From: Antedon mediterranea
Lineage: Eukaryota; Animalia; Echinodermata
DNA: 64,000 nt
Direction of reading: 5' to 3'
Assembly: GCF_964355755.1 (NCBI RefSeq)
Contig: NC_092676.1
Location: 2,051,788 to 2,115,787, forward strand
The position numbers and the translations under genes are program-made. The notes under the pieces were generated by a model. That model made no database searches. It was not told the DNA's origin and saw only the letters and a list, made by a program, of their open reading frames with translations. Shown here piece after piece: positions 25,301 through 49,144 of the stretch. Every line of letters begins with the position of its first letter. Positions within the stretch are counted from its first letter, which is position 1.

Positions 25301-28300
25301 TCTGTGTATTCCTACATTTCTATGTTACTATTGTAGGTGAAAGTTGGAGACAAAGAAATAGATGTGATGAATGGATTCTGTCTGTATATAACAACGAAGC
25401 TGGCCAATCCTGCATACACGCCAGAGGTCAGTGCCAGAACGTCCATCATTGACTTCACGGTCACCATCAAAGGACTTGAAGACCAGTTGCTAGGAATCGT
25501 CATCTTGACGGAGAAGAATGAACTGGAAGCTGAAAGAGTCAAACTTATGGAAGAGGTTGGTGAACATTTGTAATTTCGTTTCTAAAGCTCCGTCTGCACT
25601 AGCAAACTTTATGTGAAAAAAATGTTATGTGCCCATATATGGACATGATGATGTCATATCACTACCATATTTGGGTATATCACACTTTTTTTGTTAAACT
25701 AGTTTGATAGTGTAGACAGAGCTTTACAGAGTGAAGTATTAAGGGCGTGTTCAGACTTATTTACCTGTGTAAATTAGTAATCTACCCACCAAAGTTAACT
25801 ATAAGTGTTCCATAAATCAGCTTAGCGGGTAAGTAAATAAGCCTGAACAAACCCGTGGAATGTCAGTTAAATGTGTTTATAAACTTTTTCACAAAAAAAT
25901 AGTTTTATTTATTGATTCTTCTTGCTTTGCACAGGTCACAGCAAACAAGCGCAAGATGCAGGAACTAGAAGATAACCTTCTGTACAGACTAACAAGTACA
26001 GAGGGCTCACTAGTAGAAGATGAGTCACTGATTGAGGTGCTGAAAGTCACTAAAGAAACGGCTGAAGACGTTAGTGAGAAACTGACGATTGCTGCTGAGA
26101 CAGAGATACGTATAAACACAGCAAGAGAGGAGTTCAGACCGGTTGCTACTAGAGGAAGTATCCTGTACTTCTTGATAGTGGAAATGAGTATGGTGAACGT
26201 TATGTACCAGACGTCTCTTAAACAGTTCCTTGGGATCTTTGACTTATCCATGGCAAAGTAAGTTTATTTGTCTCTCATAAATCCCTTTCACATTGCCAGC
26301 AGCAAAACTTGGTGTGTACTCTAGGGCTTGGCAATGTGAAACGGGTTATTTGTAGATTTAAAAGACTTTGAAATGGCTTGTTTTTTACATTGTTCCATTC
26401 AAGGTAGAAACAGATCTCCTATATCACATATGCACAATCAAGTTTTTAAATACTCTTTTAAAACCAGTGAGAAAAGTTTAGCTCTTTCTTGAAGTGTTGT
26501 GTATATATCTTGACCTCAAATGTTTTTTTACATTAAATCTCACCTTTTATTCACAGATCTACAAAAAGCCCCATAACAGGTAAGCGTATCAACAACATAA
26601 TTGAATACCTGACATATGAATCGTTCCAGTACACAGCCAGAGGGTTGTATGAAAACCACAAGTTCCTATTTACACTCCTGCTTGCGCTCAAGATTGACCT
26701 GCAAGGAAAGAAGATCAAACACGAGGAATTTCAAACACTTATCAAAGGTAAGATTCTGTTGTTCCAATGGACTTAAAGTGAATTACTATTACTACTGTGT
26801 AGCTATTCTATGCAAAATGTACTACCAAACCCAAGTGTAAGCCCACTCCGAGATATAAGTCCATCTCCTGAATTTTGAGACATTTGTATGGAAAATTATC
26901 TTTCATATTGTGGTTGTTGCATATAATGCCACCAAAGAAGAGGCTGGGCTTATCTGAAATCAATACAGTTAAAAATGTTTTATTAATAATTGTCCATTCC
27001 ACTGTAAATGAAATGAAGTTAAATGTTGATGTTTACTCTTGTGACTATAGGTGGCGCTGCTCTAGATTTAAATGCAGTGGAACAAAAGCCCAAGAAATGG
27101 ATCTCAGACATGACCTGGTTGAACCTGGTCCAGTTGAGCAAACTTCCGCAGTTCTCACAGATCCTAGGTCAGATAGGTCGCAACGACAAAGGCTGGAAAG
27201 GTTGGTTTGATGAAGATGCACCAGAAGAGGCTGTGATTCCAGATGGATATTCTGCTTCTCTTGATGTCTTTCGTAAGCTTCTGTTGGTGAGGTCGTGGTG
27301 TCCGGATCGTACCATTCCGCAGGCTAGGCATTATATTGCAGGTTCTATTGGTGTTAAGGTAAGTCTTGCTTGCTGTAGTATGGTGGTATGGTATGGTGCC
27401 CAAACATGGTAGTGATATGCCCAAACATGGTAGTGATATGCCCAAACATGGTAGTGATATGCCCAAACATGGTAGTGATATGCCCAAACATGGTAGTGAT
27501 ATGCCCAAACATGGTAGTGATATGCCCAAACATGGTAGTGATATGCCCAAACATGGTAGTGATATGCCCAAACATGGTAGTGATATGCCCAAACATGGTA
27601 GTGATATGCCCAAACATGGTAGTGATATGCCCAAACATGGTAGTGATATGTCCATTAAAGGGCACATCACATTTTTTTGTCACATAAAGTTTGATAGTGT
27701 AGACAAGGCTTTAGAAGTGTTTTGTCTTAAAAATAAATTTTATGCAACAATTGTTTTTTTGTAGTTTGCAGAGGGTGTTATTCTGAATATGGAAGAAATG
27801 CAGAATGAAAGTACAAAGCGTGTTCCATTGATCTGTTTCCTGTCAATGGGATCTGATCCTACTGAGAACATTGAGAGACTAGCCAAGAAAATGGGAATCA
27901 GTAAGTTTAAATGATATCATTCAATGTAATAAGTTATATAAAGCTCTGTCCACACTATCAAACTAGTTTGTAGACAGAGCTTTATTCATTCATACATTAA
28001 TGTATATCTCTTTTATTGTTCAATTGTATATTGATTACAGGATGCTCTGCCATCAGCATGGGACAGGGACAGGAAGTGCACGCGAGACGACTCATTTCAG
28101 GATGCATGCAAGATGGAGGATGGGCACTCCTCCAAAATTGCCATCTTGGTTTAGATTTCATGGATGAATTACTTGAAACAGTAAGTTCACAGTACAATAT
28201 AAATGTATTATCTAACAAATATAAACATGGCAAGCTATTTTGCATGCAGGTGTAATTTATACCGTACATGATTAAGTATAATCCCATGCTCAAGTATTTA

Positions 28301-31300
28301 TACACCTGATTTAGACTAAATATGATGGAAAAAAAACTTTGATCAATTTCCATTGTTATTTAATTCCATGTTAGTATAATCCCACCCAATAATTTACCCA
28401 GACTATACTCAGTCATATAGAGTAAAAATAATACTAATATGATAGGGTATTGTTCTGCTACTGTATTTCATACTCTACTCTCCATGCTGTATCTCTCAAT
28501 ATTCCAGCACTATGATATTGATAGGAAATGTGATGTGTTGCCTGTATTATTTATAGTCTATGATACTATCCAACACATTTGATGCTGTTTTATGGATTTT
28601 CCTATGATACTGGGTCAATCTAGATACAGTACTAAGAATTTATCATATCTCTTGGTGTATTTCAATGATATATTACACTGACTCAATATGTTTGTTTTCG
28701 CATTAAGGTGTTGAACACAGAGAGTGTCCATGAAGCCTTCAGAATCTGGCTGACCACAGAAGTACATCCAAAATTCCCAATCAATCTCTTACAATGCTCA
28801 ATCAAATTCACCAACGAGCCTCCGCAAGGAATCAAAGCCGGTATCAAGCGCACATACGCCGGCATCACTCAGGAACAGCTAGACATATCCAGTATGCCCC
28901 AGTGGCGTCCCATACTCTATGCTGTTGCTTTCCTACATACAACCGTTCAGGAGAGGCGTAAGTTTGGTCCGTTGGGTTGGAATATTCCATATGAATTCAA
29001 TCAAGCGGATTTCACAGCGAGCGTTCAGTTTGTTAATAACCATCTAGATGATATGGACCCCAAGAAGGTAAAATATTTACAATTGTATTTACCAGATACC
29101 TGTGCCAGAAGGCAAAACAACCATATAACTAAAACAATTCAATTTTAAATATATTAACTATAGTAATGCTCTGTCTACACTAACAAACTTTATGTGCCAA
29201 AAAATGTTATGTGCCCATATATAGACTTGATGATGTCATATCAATACTATATTTGAGCATATCACTACCATATTTGGACTCATCACAATTTTTTGTCAAA
29301 CTAATTTGATAGTGTAGACAGAGCTTAAGAATCTACACAGTAGCCTTCCCATTACCTAAAATACTTCTCTCATTACCAGGGCGTATCATGGAATACCGTT
29401 CGATACATGCTTGGTGAGGTGCAGTACGGTGGCCGTGTGACGGACGACTTCGACAAACGTCTCTTGAATACATACGCCAATGTCTGGTTTTCAGAAGAGA
29501 TGTTCAGTGACAAGTTTGAATTCTACAAAGGTAAATAATTCTGAAAAATAAAACAATATTTGTGAATTAATTTATTATTATGGCCTAAATGTGTGTGAGG
29601 TGAATTTTTGTTCTGTGTTTTTTTTTTCACTGATAACCTGAAACATGTCAAATTGTCTTAATTTAGGATATACAATTCCAAAGTGCCGTACCATAGATGA
29701 ATATCGTGGAGCAATTGAAAACATCCCGTTGGTTGACACACCAGAGGCGTTCGGTCTCCATCCCAACGCTGATATCACCTACCAAACGAACATGGCTACA
29801 GAAGTAAGTGACCAGTACATCAGCATTAAGTTCTGGTTGGAAAAGCAGACCTTCCCCCTGCAATGGTGACATAGTAGAAAGAGTTACTTTATCTTAAGCT
29901 CTATCTACACTATCAAACTGTATGTGACAAAAAAAATTGTGATGTGCCCAAATATGGATATGATGATGTCATATCACTACCATATTTAAGCATGTCACTA
30001 CCATATTTGGGCACACACACTTTTTCAAACTAGTTGATAGTGTAGACAGAGCTTTAACCCTGGGTTTGAAACATTGTCGGCAGCAAAGATTTAAATGTAT
30101 ACATGGCCATTAAGAAAAATCTCTCATTTTCTTCTTCTAGGTTCTTGATACCATAGTGAACATTCAGCCTAAAGACAGTGCAGGAGGTGGAGGAGAGACA
30201 CGTGAGGCTACAGTGTATAGGCTAGCCAATGAGATGCTGGAAAAACTACCGGAGAACTACAACATGTTTGATGTAACCATTCCTATTACAATAACAATTA
30301 AGCAAACTTATATTTATTATACTTAGACATTTATATTGCTATATATTCAAAGTAAAATAGTTCTTTAATAGTAAAGTATATTTCAACCATTAAACTGATT
30401 TCTTACTAGGTGAAAGCACGTCTGCAGAAAATGGGACACCTCCAACCCTTGAATATCTTTTTACGACAAGAGGTCGACAGAATGCAAAAGGTCATAATAG
30501 CAGTACGCAGCACTCTCAACGACCTTAAACTCGCAATTGACGGTACCATCATCATGAGTGAAAACCTGCGTGACGCCCTTGACAACATGTATGACGCCAG
30601 GGTACCAGCATTATGGCGCAAGATCTCCTGGGATTCTACCACTCTCGGCTTCTGGTTTACGGAATTGATTGAAAGGAATCTTCAATTTTACAGCTGGGTG
30701 TTTGAGGGTCGTCCAAATGTGTTCTGGATGACTGGGTTCTTTAATCCTCAAGGATTTCTGACGGCTATGAGGCAAGAGATCACAAGAGCTCACAAAGGCT
30801 GGGCTTTGGATAGTGTGGTGCTCCATAATGATATGACTAAATTCCTGAAGGAAGATATTAGTACGCCTCCTAATGAAGGTACACAGCCTAAAGCGTAATA
30901 AAAAGTAGTTCATAGAAATGCTGTTTCTCTTTTATTAACTCATAACTTTATTCTTTATAGTAAAAATGAATAAATATTAAAAGACAGCATAAATCTGAAA
31001 GAAATAATATATAAATAATTAAAATAATATATTGTATATTTTGGTTTTATTTCTAGGTGTTTATATTTACGGTCTTTTCCTTGACGGTGCTGGCTGGGAT
31101 CGACGAAACTGCAAACTCATTGAACCGCAACCAAAAGTATTGTTCACACCGCTTCCCGTGGCTCACGTGTACGCCATCAACCAAGTTGGAGGCAAGGATC
31201 CAAGACTGTACGAATGCCCAGTTTACAAGAAACCTCAAAGAACGGACCTGACATACATATTCCCGCTGTATTTGAAGACCGTTCAGCATCCAGATCATTG

Positions 31301-31340
31301 GATCTTGAGAGGTGTCGCCCTCTTGTGCGACACAAAATAA
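264..31340 (+). CDS. DNAH5: Axonemal outer-arm dynein heavy chain (DNAH5/DNAH8-like), 3' part, 31 exons in window; 5' part lies upstream of the window
   Basis: GT-AG exons read by eye with consistent phases: 264-515, 872-994, 1650-1892, 2329-2481, 2591-2731, 14721-14814, 15418-15566, 17040-17194, 17719-17872, 18018-18182, 18544-18732, 18980-19136, 21523-21728, 21855-22145, 22718-22885, 23193-23330, 23571-23698, 24058-24187, 24467-24817, 25337-25555, 25935-26257, 26557-26747, 27051-27358, 27765-27900, 28041-28180, 28708-29067, 29380-29530, 29667-29803, 30141-30272, 30410-30878, 31057-31340. Motifs: AAA3 P-loop GEQGTAKT (typical of DNAH5/8), AAA4 GVGGSGKQS, stalk coiled coil and microtubule-binding domain, AAA5 [12 protein letters not shown]6 SMGQGQ...LQNCHL, C-terminus [18 protein letters not shown]5 versus DNAH8 orthology cannot be resolved by eye. 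Confidence 0.95.
1192..1479 (-). mobile_element. tRNA-derived SINE
   Basis: Minus-strand head GTGACTGAGCGGTTAAG (A box-like) ... GGGTTCAAGGC (B box-like), a body, and a (TTCAA)n tail at ~1192-1207. A related copy lies at 17341-17580. Confidence 0.65.
3270..4566 (-). pseudogene. Nested Ig-like membrane receptor, unit U9 (long tail); one +1 frameshift at 4074-4078, otherwise full length (~431 aa if repaired)
   Basis: ORFs 4027-4566 and 3270-4013 join if one T is removed from the T5 run at 4074-4078; the paralogous site at ~7852 has T4 and reads [14 protein letters not shown]. Signal peptide, two Ig-like domains, TM helix, tail with [18 protein letters not shown]. Could be an assembly homopolymer error. 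Confidence 0.75.
4569..5831 (-). CDS. Nested intronless Ig-like type-I membrane receptor, unit U8 (420 aa, long tail)
   Basis: Intact ORF: signal peptide [21 protein letters not shown]; Ig-like EGEEVNMSC...IGW...GEGIFFYC; second beta-sandwich [15 protein letters not shown]...[10 protein letters not shown]; Thr-rich stalk; [22 protein letters not shown]; basic stop-transfer KRK; tail with NEIYCSV and ENVYVSS. Confidence 0.85.
   Translation of the reverse strand: MTLKFCNLLVICLLIFRHGASRELVQFERGFYYWSTKPQPVTIIPSNEQKTVVLPGKDLIVKCQLFISFGQEKGIYTCQDDYNSHYVVPSSEVTWSPHQPLYVKLYCDKDMKDITEGEEVNMSCDIRKYDNIQYDITIGWIQRQHHITQFHLLDTDNTTTINQTVKGFHSGEGIFFYCFSNNQGSYVSIECYTLELLVHPQLKVDVMKLCETPEVDVNQNCFKCYAEGRSGDRTIYNWSLNGEEFKYQYYNETDKRCFGNLPAGNYTVKCLVSTDVQNRSDEIEFTIKDGMPTDRPTTSRDIKYDDPTETMTANKITKISLTSNVILIVLLVFVVCCYEQQKRKLQKTSVPAVHYQSNNDTISIGKTTDVSNIMTENEIYCSVDDNITEQAENVYVSSDTVIENKRLQNARNEYTIQRGF
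5898..5932 (-). promoter_or_regulatory. TATA box plus initiator core promoter of the receptor units (representative copy)
   Basis: TATAAA starts exactly 31 nt upstream of the A of T(C/T)AGTC in six units (TATA start/+1): 5932/5901, 7440/7409, 9737/9706, 10714/10683, 12148/12117, 14425/14394. Confidence 0.7.
6201..7361 (-). CDS. Nested intronless Ig-like membrane receptor, unit U7 (386 aa, short tail)
   Basis: Intact ORF from the conserved MTLKFF start at 7361; the track's longer start at 7454 lies upstream of the predicted TATA/Inr. Same architecture as U8, tail ends [13 protein letters not shown]. Confidence 0.85.
   Translation of the reverse strand: MTLKFFNLLVMTCLLIFRHGSSRELVQFDRGFDYQSHTKLQPVTITPSSKQNTLVFPGKDFIVKCPLFISFDQQNGIYTCQDDDNLQYLVLSSNVTQSRSQSFYVKLYCDNMKDIIEGEEVNISCDIRKYDQIQYDITIGWIQGKNYITQFHLLDTDNITTINQTVKGFHSGEGIFFYCISLNYKAVWCYTLILLVHPQLKVEVKRLYETCKVDVNQNCFKCYYADGGSGDKRIYNWNLNGEEFKNYNEPDERCFSNLPAGNYTVKCLVSTDVQNRSDEITFTIEDVMTRDRMTTSQDIKCVLTTETMTANTIILILATSNIILIVLLVCVVCCYEQQKRKHHNTPVPVVHYQSNNDTISVGGTLNVSKTVEKNELYCSIDDHTKE
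7590..8320 (-). pseudogene. Degenerate, internally deleted receptor unit U6
   Basis: Relic signal peptide ([11 protein letters not shown]) without the ATG. The domain-1 segment ~7765-7930 is nearly identical to U9 and is then joined directly to the tail region; domain 2 and TM are deleted. Approximate ends. Confidence 0.7.
8563..9636 (-). pseudogene. Receptor unit U5, divergent subtype with two frameshifts
   Basis: Overlapping ORFs 9418-9699, 9063-9479 and 8563-9138 together rebuild signal peptide, both Ig-like domains, TM and short tail (HEVYCSI). Frameshifts at ~9430 and ~9098. Confidence 0.8.
9922..10617 (-). pseudogene. Receptor unit U4, premature stop and internal deletion
   Basis: ATG at 10617; TGA just after the signal peptide (GAS*). 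Domain 1 breaks off at ~10180 and joins the stalk/TM/tail ORF 9922-10161. Confidence 0.8.
10906..12069 (-). CDS. Nested intronless Ig-like membrane receptor, unit U3 (387 aa, short tail)
   Basis: Intact ORF from MTLKFF at 12069; near-identical to U7 except for an ectodomain patch shared with U8; tail ends [13 protein letters not shown]. Confidence 0.85.
   Translation of the reverse strand: MTLKFFNLLVMTCLLIFRHGSSRELVQFDRGFDYQSHTKLQPVTITPSSKQNTLVFPGKDFIVKCPLFISFGQEKGIYTCQDDYNSHYVVPSSEVTWSPHQPLYVKLYCDNMKDIIEGEEVNISCDIRKYDQIQYDITIGWIQGKNYITQFHLLDTDNTTTINQTVKGFHSGGEGIFFYCISLNYKAVWCYTLILLVHPQLKVEVKRLYETCKVDVNQNCFKCYYADGGSGDKRIYNWNLNGEEFKNYNEPDERCFSNLPAGNYTVKCLVSTDVQNRSDEITFTIEDVMTRDRMTTSQDIKCVLTTEIMTANTIIIILVTSNIILIVLLVFIVCCHEQQKRKHHNTPVPVVHYQRNNDTISVGDTLNVLQTIEKNEIYCSIDDHTAE
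12298..13030 (-). pseudogene. Degenerate receptor unit U2 (duplicate of U6)
   Basis: Near-identical to 7590-8320 at an offset of ~4708 bp (identical spurious ORFs at 7633 and 12341). Confidence 0.7.
13270..14328 (-). pseudogene. Receptor unit U1 (duplicate of the U5 subtype), early stop plus frameshifts
   Basis: ATG at 14328 ([23 protein letters not shown]), TAG at ~14228, the same deletion as U5 after YCIA, and further small deletions at ~13620 and ~13700. Confidence 0.8.
15596..15761. mobile_element. Short MITE
   Basis: Imperfect terminal inverted repeats gccgtattcaccaatcacacttaag / cttaagtatgaatggtgaattcagc. Confidence 0.5.
15871..16496. mobile_element. Non-autonomous DNA transposon with TTAA flanks (Kolobok-like)
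   Basis: TTAA on both sides; imperfect TIRs aaacccctttcctgcaatttt / aaaaaacgtagggaatggggct; CpG-rich interior without a transposase ORF. Confidence 0.5.
16526..16723. mobile_element. MITE with TAA target-site duplication (PIF/Harbinger-like)
   Basis: TIR agcctgttttcctgtcgacgtta / taacgtcgacaggaaaacagtct, flanked by TAA on both sides. Confidence 0.7.
17341..17580 (-). mobile_element. SINE copy related to 1192-1479
   Basis: Shares gtacactggacct...agtcctt...agaagact..ttctaccaccagaactatg and a simple-repeat tail. Confidence 0.6.
18763..18922. mobile_element. MITE family A (TIR AGCTCTGTCTACACTATCAAACT, TWA flanks; PIF/Harbinger-like), first of ~10 copies
   Basis: Other copies: 23844-24023, 24292-24428 (partial), 25586-25723, 27397-27710 (partial, expanded), 27942-27981 (TIRs only), 29167-29325, 29897-30053, ~33490-33627, 53516-53675. 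TAA/TAA flanks at 29167 and 53516; TTA/TTA at 29897. Confidence 0.85.
19257..21180. repeat. 40-bp tandem satellite, ~48 copies, in a dynein intron
   Basis: Unit tgtatgtatgta(c/t)(g/a)agtaagagatattaaactagatc(a/g)tc, repeated without spacers. Confidence 0.97.
21181..21345 (-). mobile_element. SINE 3' fragment abutting the 40-bp satellite
   Basis: Contains ccctactttttcgaatagtg, resembling a conserved invertebrate SINE core and the cccctactcgtctcgaaag segment of the 1192 SINE; ends in a (TACA)n-like tail on the minus strand. Confidence 0.45.
25743..25853. mobile_element. Short MITE
   Basis: Inverted ends gggcgtgttcagacttatttac / gtaaataagcctgaacaaaccc. Confidence 0.55.
27397..27648. repeat. 21-bp minisatellite x12 inside a MITE-A copy
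   Basis: tgcccaaacatggtagtgata repeated 12 times; the same unit occurs 1-3 times in other MITE-A copies. Confidence 0.95.
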
Positions 31341-32319
31341 TTTTTTATTCCTAGAAATCAAAGTATCAAAGTTTTGTCTTCCCAAATTGTTTATTTATAT
31401 TTGTCGATTTTCTTAAATACATACATTTTTTATTTACTTAATTTTGTTTTTTTCATTGATAAATTTTTTAAGATTTATCAAATACTTTTAATAATGTTAT
31501 TAGGTTCATGTTTTCTTTTTTAATTGCCAGATATTTGGTTTTTTTTGTTATTCATATTTTTTTTAAATATTTTTGCTACACACTTGCGCAATATATTACC
31601 CTATATACTTTTTACTTTATATATTATGAAAACGTTGAACTTAAAAATAAAAGAGTTTATACTATACATGGATAAACTATTATAAAACAATGAAGTGTTA
31701 AACACCTCTTGAAAATAATAGAACAGTCCACTCACCTAAACTTTACCAATTGTTATGTACGATCTTTACAGAATAAACCAAATAGTATAATATTGGACCA
31801 AAGTAGATAAGATAAAGATAATGTTATTTTTTAGTGAAATTTGCTGTGAAATATATATAGATATTTATGTGTATCATTTTTATTTTAAAATCATAATAAT
31901 ATATAATAATAATCAAGTGATTGAGTGTACTGCAGTAATAATACAGTATGTACTGCAGTAATAATACAGTATTAGTAGTTTGAAGTGTTTTTGACGTATA
32001 CACAGGTCACTTTAGGTGATACAGATTAGGACCATAGAGGCCTTTCTAAATTATAATAAAACACAATATAGATGATAAAATGCAACAAAATATATGATGG
32101 TAAGAATCCGTCCAAATGTATTAACTTAACTTAATATAGCAATTTACATTAATAATGAATAATAATTAAAAAGTCCAAATAAACTATATTAATTCAGCCT
32201 ACACAAATATTTTTTTTCTGTTTATTGAGTTTTGTGAATTTTAAATAACATAAGTTCTTGGGAATATAACCTCGTCGAACCCCATGACGCTAGGTTGCTG
32301 TTAAAAAAAGGTGTTTGTA

Positions 32320-32510
32320 TTTGATTCCCACGTGCATTTTTAAAAGTGATTCCCACGTGCATTTTTAAAAGTAATGGAATTTTGATGACGTTATCATGAA
32401 AGGGGATTCCCCGTACGGTTTATCGTTGAGCTCCTATTGTTCAATTGTAGATAGCGCCCTCATTTGGTTCCTGAAAGATTGGCTCTCAGTGGGCCTTCTA
32501 CGTCACAAAT
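32320..32510. promoter_or_regulatory. Candidate cis-regulatory module upstream of Runx
   Basis: Duplicated E-box (gattcccacgtgcattttt x2), TGACGT at ~32385, kB site GGGGATTCCCC at 32402-32412, ATTGG at ~32478, ACGTCA at ~32500; CpG-richer than the flanks. Confidence 0.35.
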
Positions 32511-34639
32511 CCGCTTCGTGGAATGCACGTACGGCACTGTTACAGTAGGCGACTTATTATTATCAAATCATTACAGATTATTAACACATTATGTTTTCCA
32601 GAAAATGTACAGTTTGATGGATTTAATTGACAGTAAATAGAAATGAGAGATCCTGAATTCATTTTAACAGCCTCCGTTTAACCGTGTTCTACGAAAAATA
32701 ATTATTGTCTCCGATCTCATCTCAGTCGAGATTTTGAAACATGAAAATTGACTGTCTGGGTTTTAAATATTGTAGGTCTATTATCGAGGTATATTATTGT
32801 GAATTAATTAATGTACCTTCTATATAGGCCCTATAAGGTATAGGTTCTCAAAAGGAGAATTGTAGGCCTATTTGGTGGTGTGATATTTATTGGTTGTATG
32901 TAGTAGGCTCCAAGTCTGTATTTATTGTCTTTTTTTGTTTTATTTATTTTTTATTTCGATTTTTGTCTGAAGCTCAAGTAGGTCTAGTATACGTATGAAA
33001 CGCAAAAATATTTATCTTTTTACTAAAATTTAGTAAAACTCAGACTAGTAGTAGTAGTAGTAGTAGTAGTAGTAGGCCTATATAAATTAATTTACTGTAT
33101 GCCTACACGCTATAAAAACGGCGTTGTTTTTTAATTTGAACATATTTAATACAAAATTCAATCATGCCGATGATATTTTACTAAAGTGCTTGGTGATAAC
33201 AGTAGACCTGTCTATTAGGCCTACTAATACTACACACTCTAAAAACAATGATTTATGTCCGCTGAAAATATCAAATGATTTTTTTAATAGATGGACTTAC
33301 GTAAGTTGGTTCATTTCAAGTTTAAGTATCACGTGATGCTAACTGCATGTTAAATGCATTTTATCAGGAAATTACATTGAAAGTCAAAAGTTCAATCTTG
33401 GATACATTTCAATAATGTTAGCCTTATTTGATGGCCTTTCTTAAAAATTGTAGAAGGACTAATTTAAAATGATTTATCTAAAGTGTACACACTCACTCTA
33501 CACTATCACATTTTATGTGACAAAAAATTGGGATGAACCATGATGATGTCATATCACTTGGGTTGGGTATATCACTACCATATTTGGGCATATTTTTTTG
33601 GTCTAGTTTGATAGTCTAGATAGAGCTTTAGTATATTTTGGTAATTGAAGTAACACATTTATAATTATGTTTATTCTGGGTTTTTTTTAAAACATATATT
33701 TATTTGTGGGTGTTTTTCACATGTTGATTGGTTTTGTCTTTAAGAAACTGAATGAGACGTAAAATACCGAAACTAAAAATAGTCTAGTTCTGTGATGTTG
33801 ATGAATCGTAAACAAGTATTATGTTAAGTAAAAGCAATACTAGATATTGCGTAGGCCTAGTACGTGGTACACGTATAGCAACTATATAATACAAATTCAC
33901 AGGGTCTGTATAATATTACGACTGAGTCATGTAATGAACATAGACGGGGGAGTTATCCCAGACGTCGAATACGTCTAAAATGTGACCTGTTACCCTACCC
34001 TAACCATCTTCACTCCTCTCGTGTGACAAGGTCATTATCAACATAACTATGTTTCAATGAATCGATTTACTGTGTATATTCTTAGATAAATTTGGAGGTG
34101 AAATTTGTAACAAAAACGACACTTTCTCATTACTCTGATTTTATGATCTGGTTTAATCTTGGATAAATTTGGAGGTGAAATTTGTCACCAAAATCGACAC
34201 TTTCTCATTACTCTGATATTGCGATCTGGTTACATTTTCCCCAACAGTTTTAACCCCCGCAGCAATAAGCTGGTCCTCTGGTTCCATTGGTCGACGTGTA
34301 TCTTGAACAGCTGTAATATCGCACTAAAGAACCCTATGGTAATATGATACTAGACTTCCTATATTAAATAGGAAAATATTGTAGATGAAAGCTAAATATT
34401 TCCGGTGCGTATAAAGTGTATCTTTTGTTTATTAGGTCGATCAACCCTGCCCTACTACTGTAAGAAGAACGAGAGAGGAACAAGAAAGACCTTGAGGCAT
34501 ACTTCACGTCTAACGTAATCGTCTCGGTTACTTGGAAAATCGCAGGAACACGAGGCGAATTTCAATACTTTAACACCGTTTTGTTTTCTTCACGGTGTTA
34601 TACGCTTAGTTCCGGCGACTTATTTAGTTAGTCATTAAA

Positions 34640-48163
<13,524 letters not shown>

Positions 48164-48948
48164 AATATTACCCAGACTTCTTGTCTTCTACAACGAGGTC
48201 CCCTTAACTCTTCCCAATAACTCTATTCTCTCTCATGGTTTCTGATAATCATTGCAAACTTTTATTCGTCTTCCTCAACAAACACTGAAAAAAAATAATT
48301 TCATGAAATATTCAAAAACAAACATTTTTTAAAGAAATAATGAACTGAAATGAAAATGATTAAGCAACTGAGTGTAAATTTAAAATATTTAAGATAAATA
48401 CAAACAGGTTTTGTAATAAAATAAGTATAATTATAGCAAGTATTGTATAGTTTAGGTTTTTTGTTTTATTTTATAGAAAAAGGTTTTGAAGTTACATAAA
48501 ACATTTCAATAGGACAGTGACACTTAATTTTATAAATGTAATGAAATTGGGAAATACCAAATTCATCATCGACTATAACATTTATTTGAATAAAACAACT
48601 ACGCCATATTTGAAATAATGTATTCAATCTCATTGTGATTGCCGCCACATGTATTTGATTTCTTGGGCCATGTATTATTACTGTGCCATTTATTATTACT
48701 GTGCCCCTTCAGTTTTACATAGCTATGCATTATTCACAGGAACTCTCTCAAATTTATTCCGACAATTTTACTTTTCTATCTAATTCTTATTTCCCCGCCA
48801 ACTTCTAACAATATTTTATAATGAAGCAAGAGAGAGTTGTATGGAAATGAAATTGTAGAAAAGAATTCTTGTAAATAATGTATTTATTTGTTCTTCTTTG
48901 TTGTTGTTGTATACATTATTTTCTTTTTCTGCAACTGTTGCTTTAAGT

Positions 48949-49144
48949 CAGTGCTTACAGAATCAGTTGCTTACAAGTCCATCGCAACGGGCAACCTAAC
49001 AACACCTAAAAAACTAGTTCAAAGGTGAAGAAATTTGAGAAAATCAATTAGAGGGAAACCAACAAATCTTAGACATGGTTGCCCTGTGTGTTAGGTGGGC
49101 AACTAAATCTTAGACTTTGGTTGCCCAGGATTCTGGAAGCACTG
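48949..49144. mobile_element. hAT-like MITE downstream of the Runx stop
   Basis: Ends cagtgcttacagaatc / gattctggaagcactg; the right end is duplicated at ~49163-49178; no clear TSD. Confidence 0.45.

Noticed and set aside
27164-27764. Repetitive ORFs (GISLPCL)n, (MPKHGSD)n, (GHITTMF)n
   Set aside because: Translations of the 21-bp MITE minisatellite inside a dynein intron.
167-31385. Minus-strand ORFs overlapping dynein exons (e.g. 167-445, 25889-26251, 30611-30913, 31053-31385)
   Set aside because: Antisense shadows of real coding exons, with no recognisable motifs.
34081-34232. Short direct duplications (also 43879-43968) and (AGT)n at ~33047-33074
   Set aside because: Ordinary local slippage duplications with no further structure.
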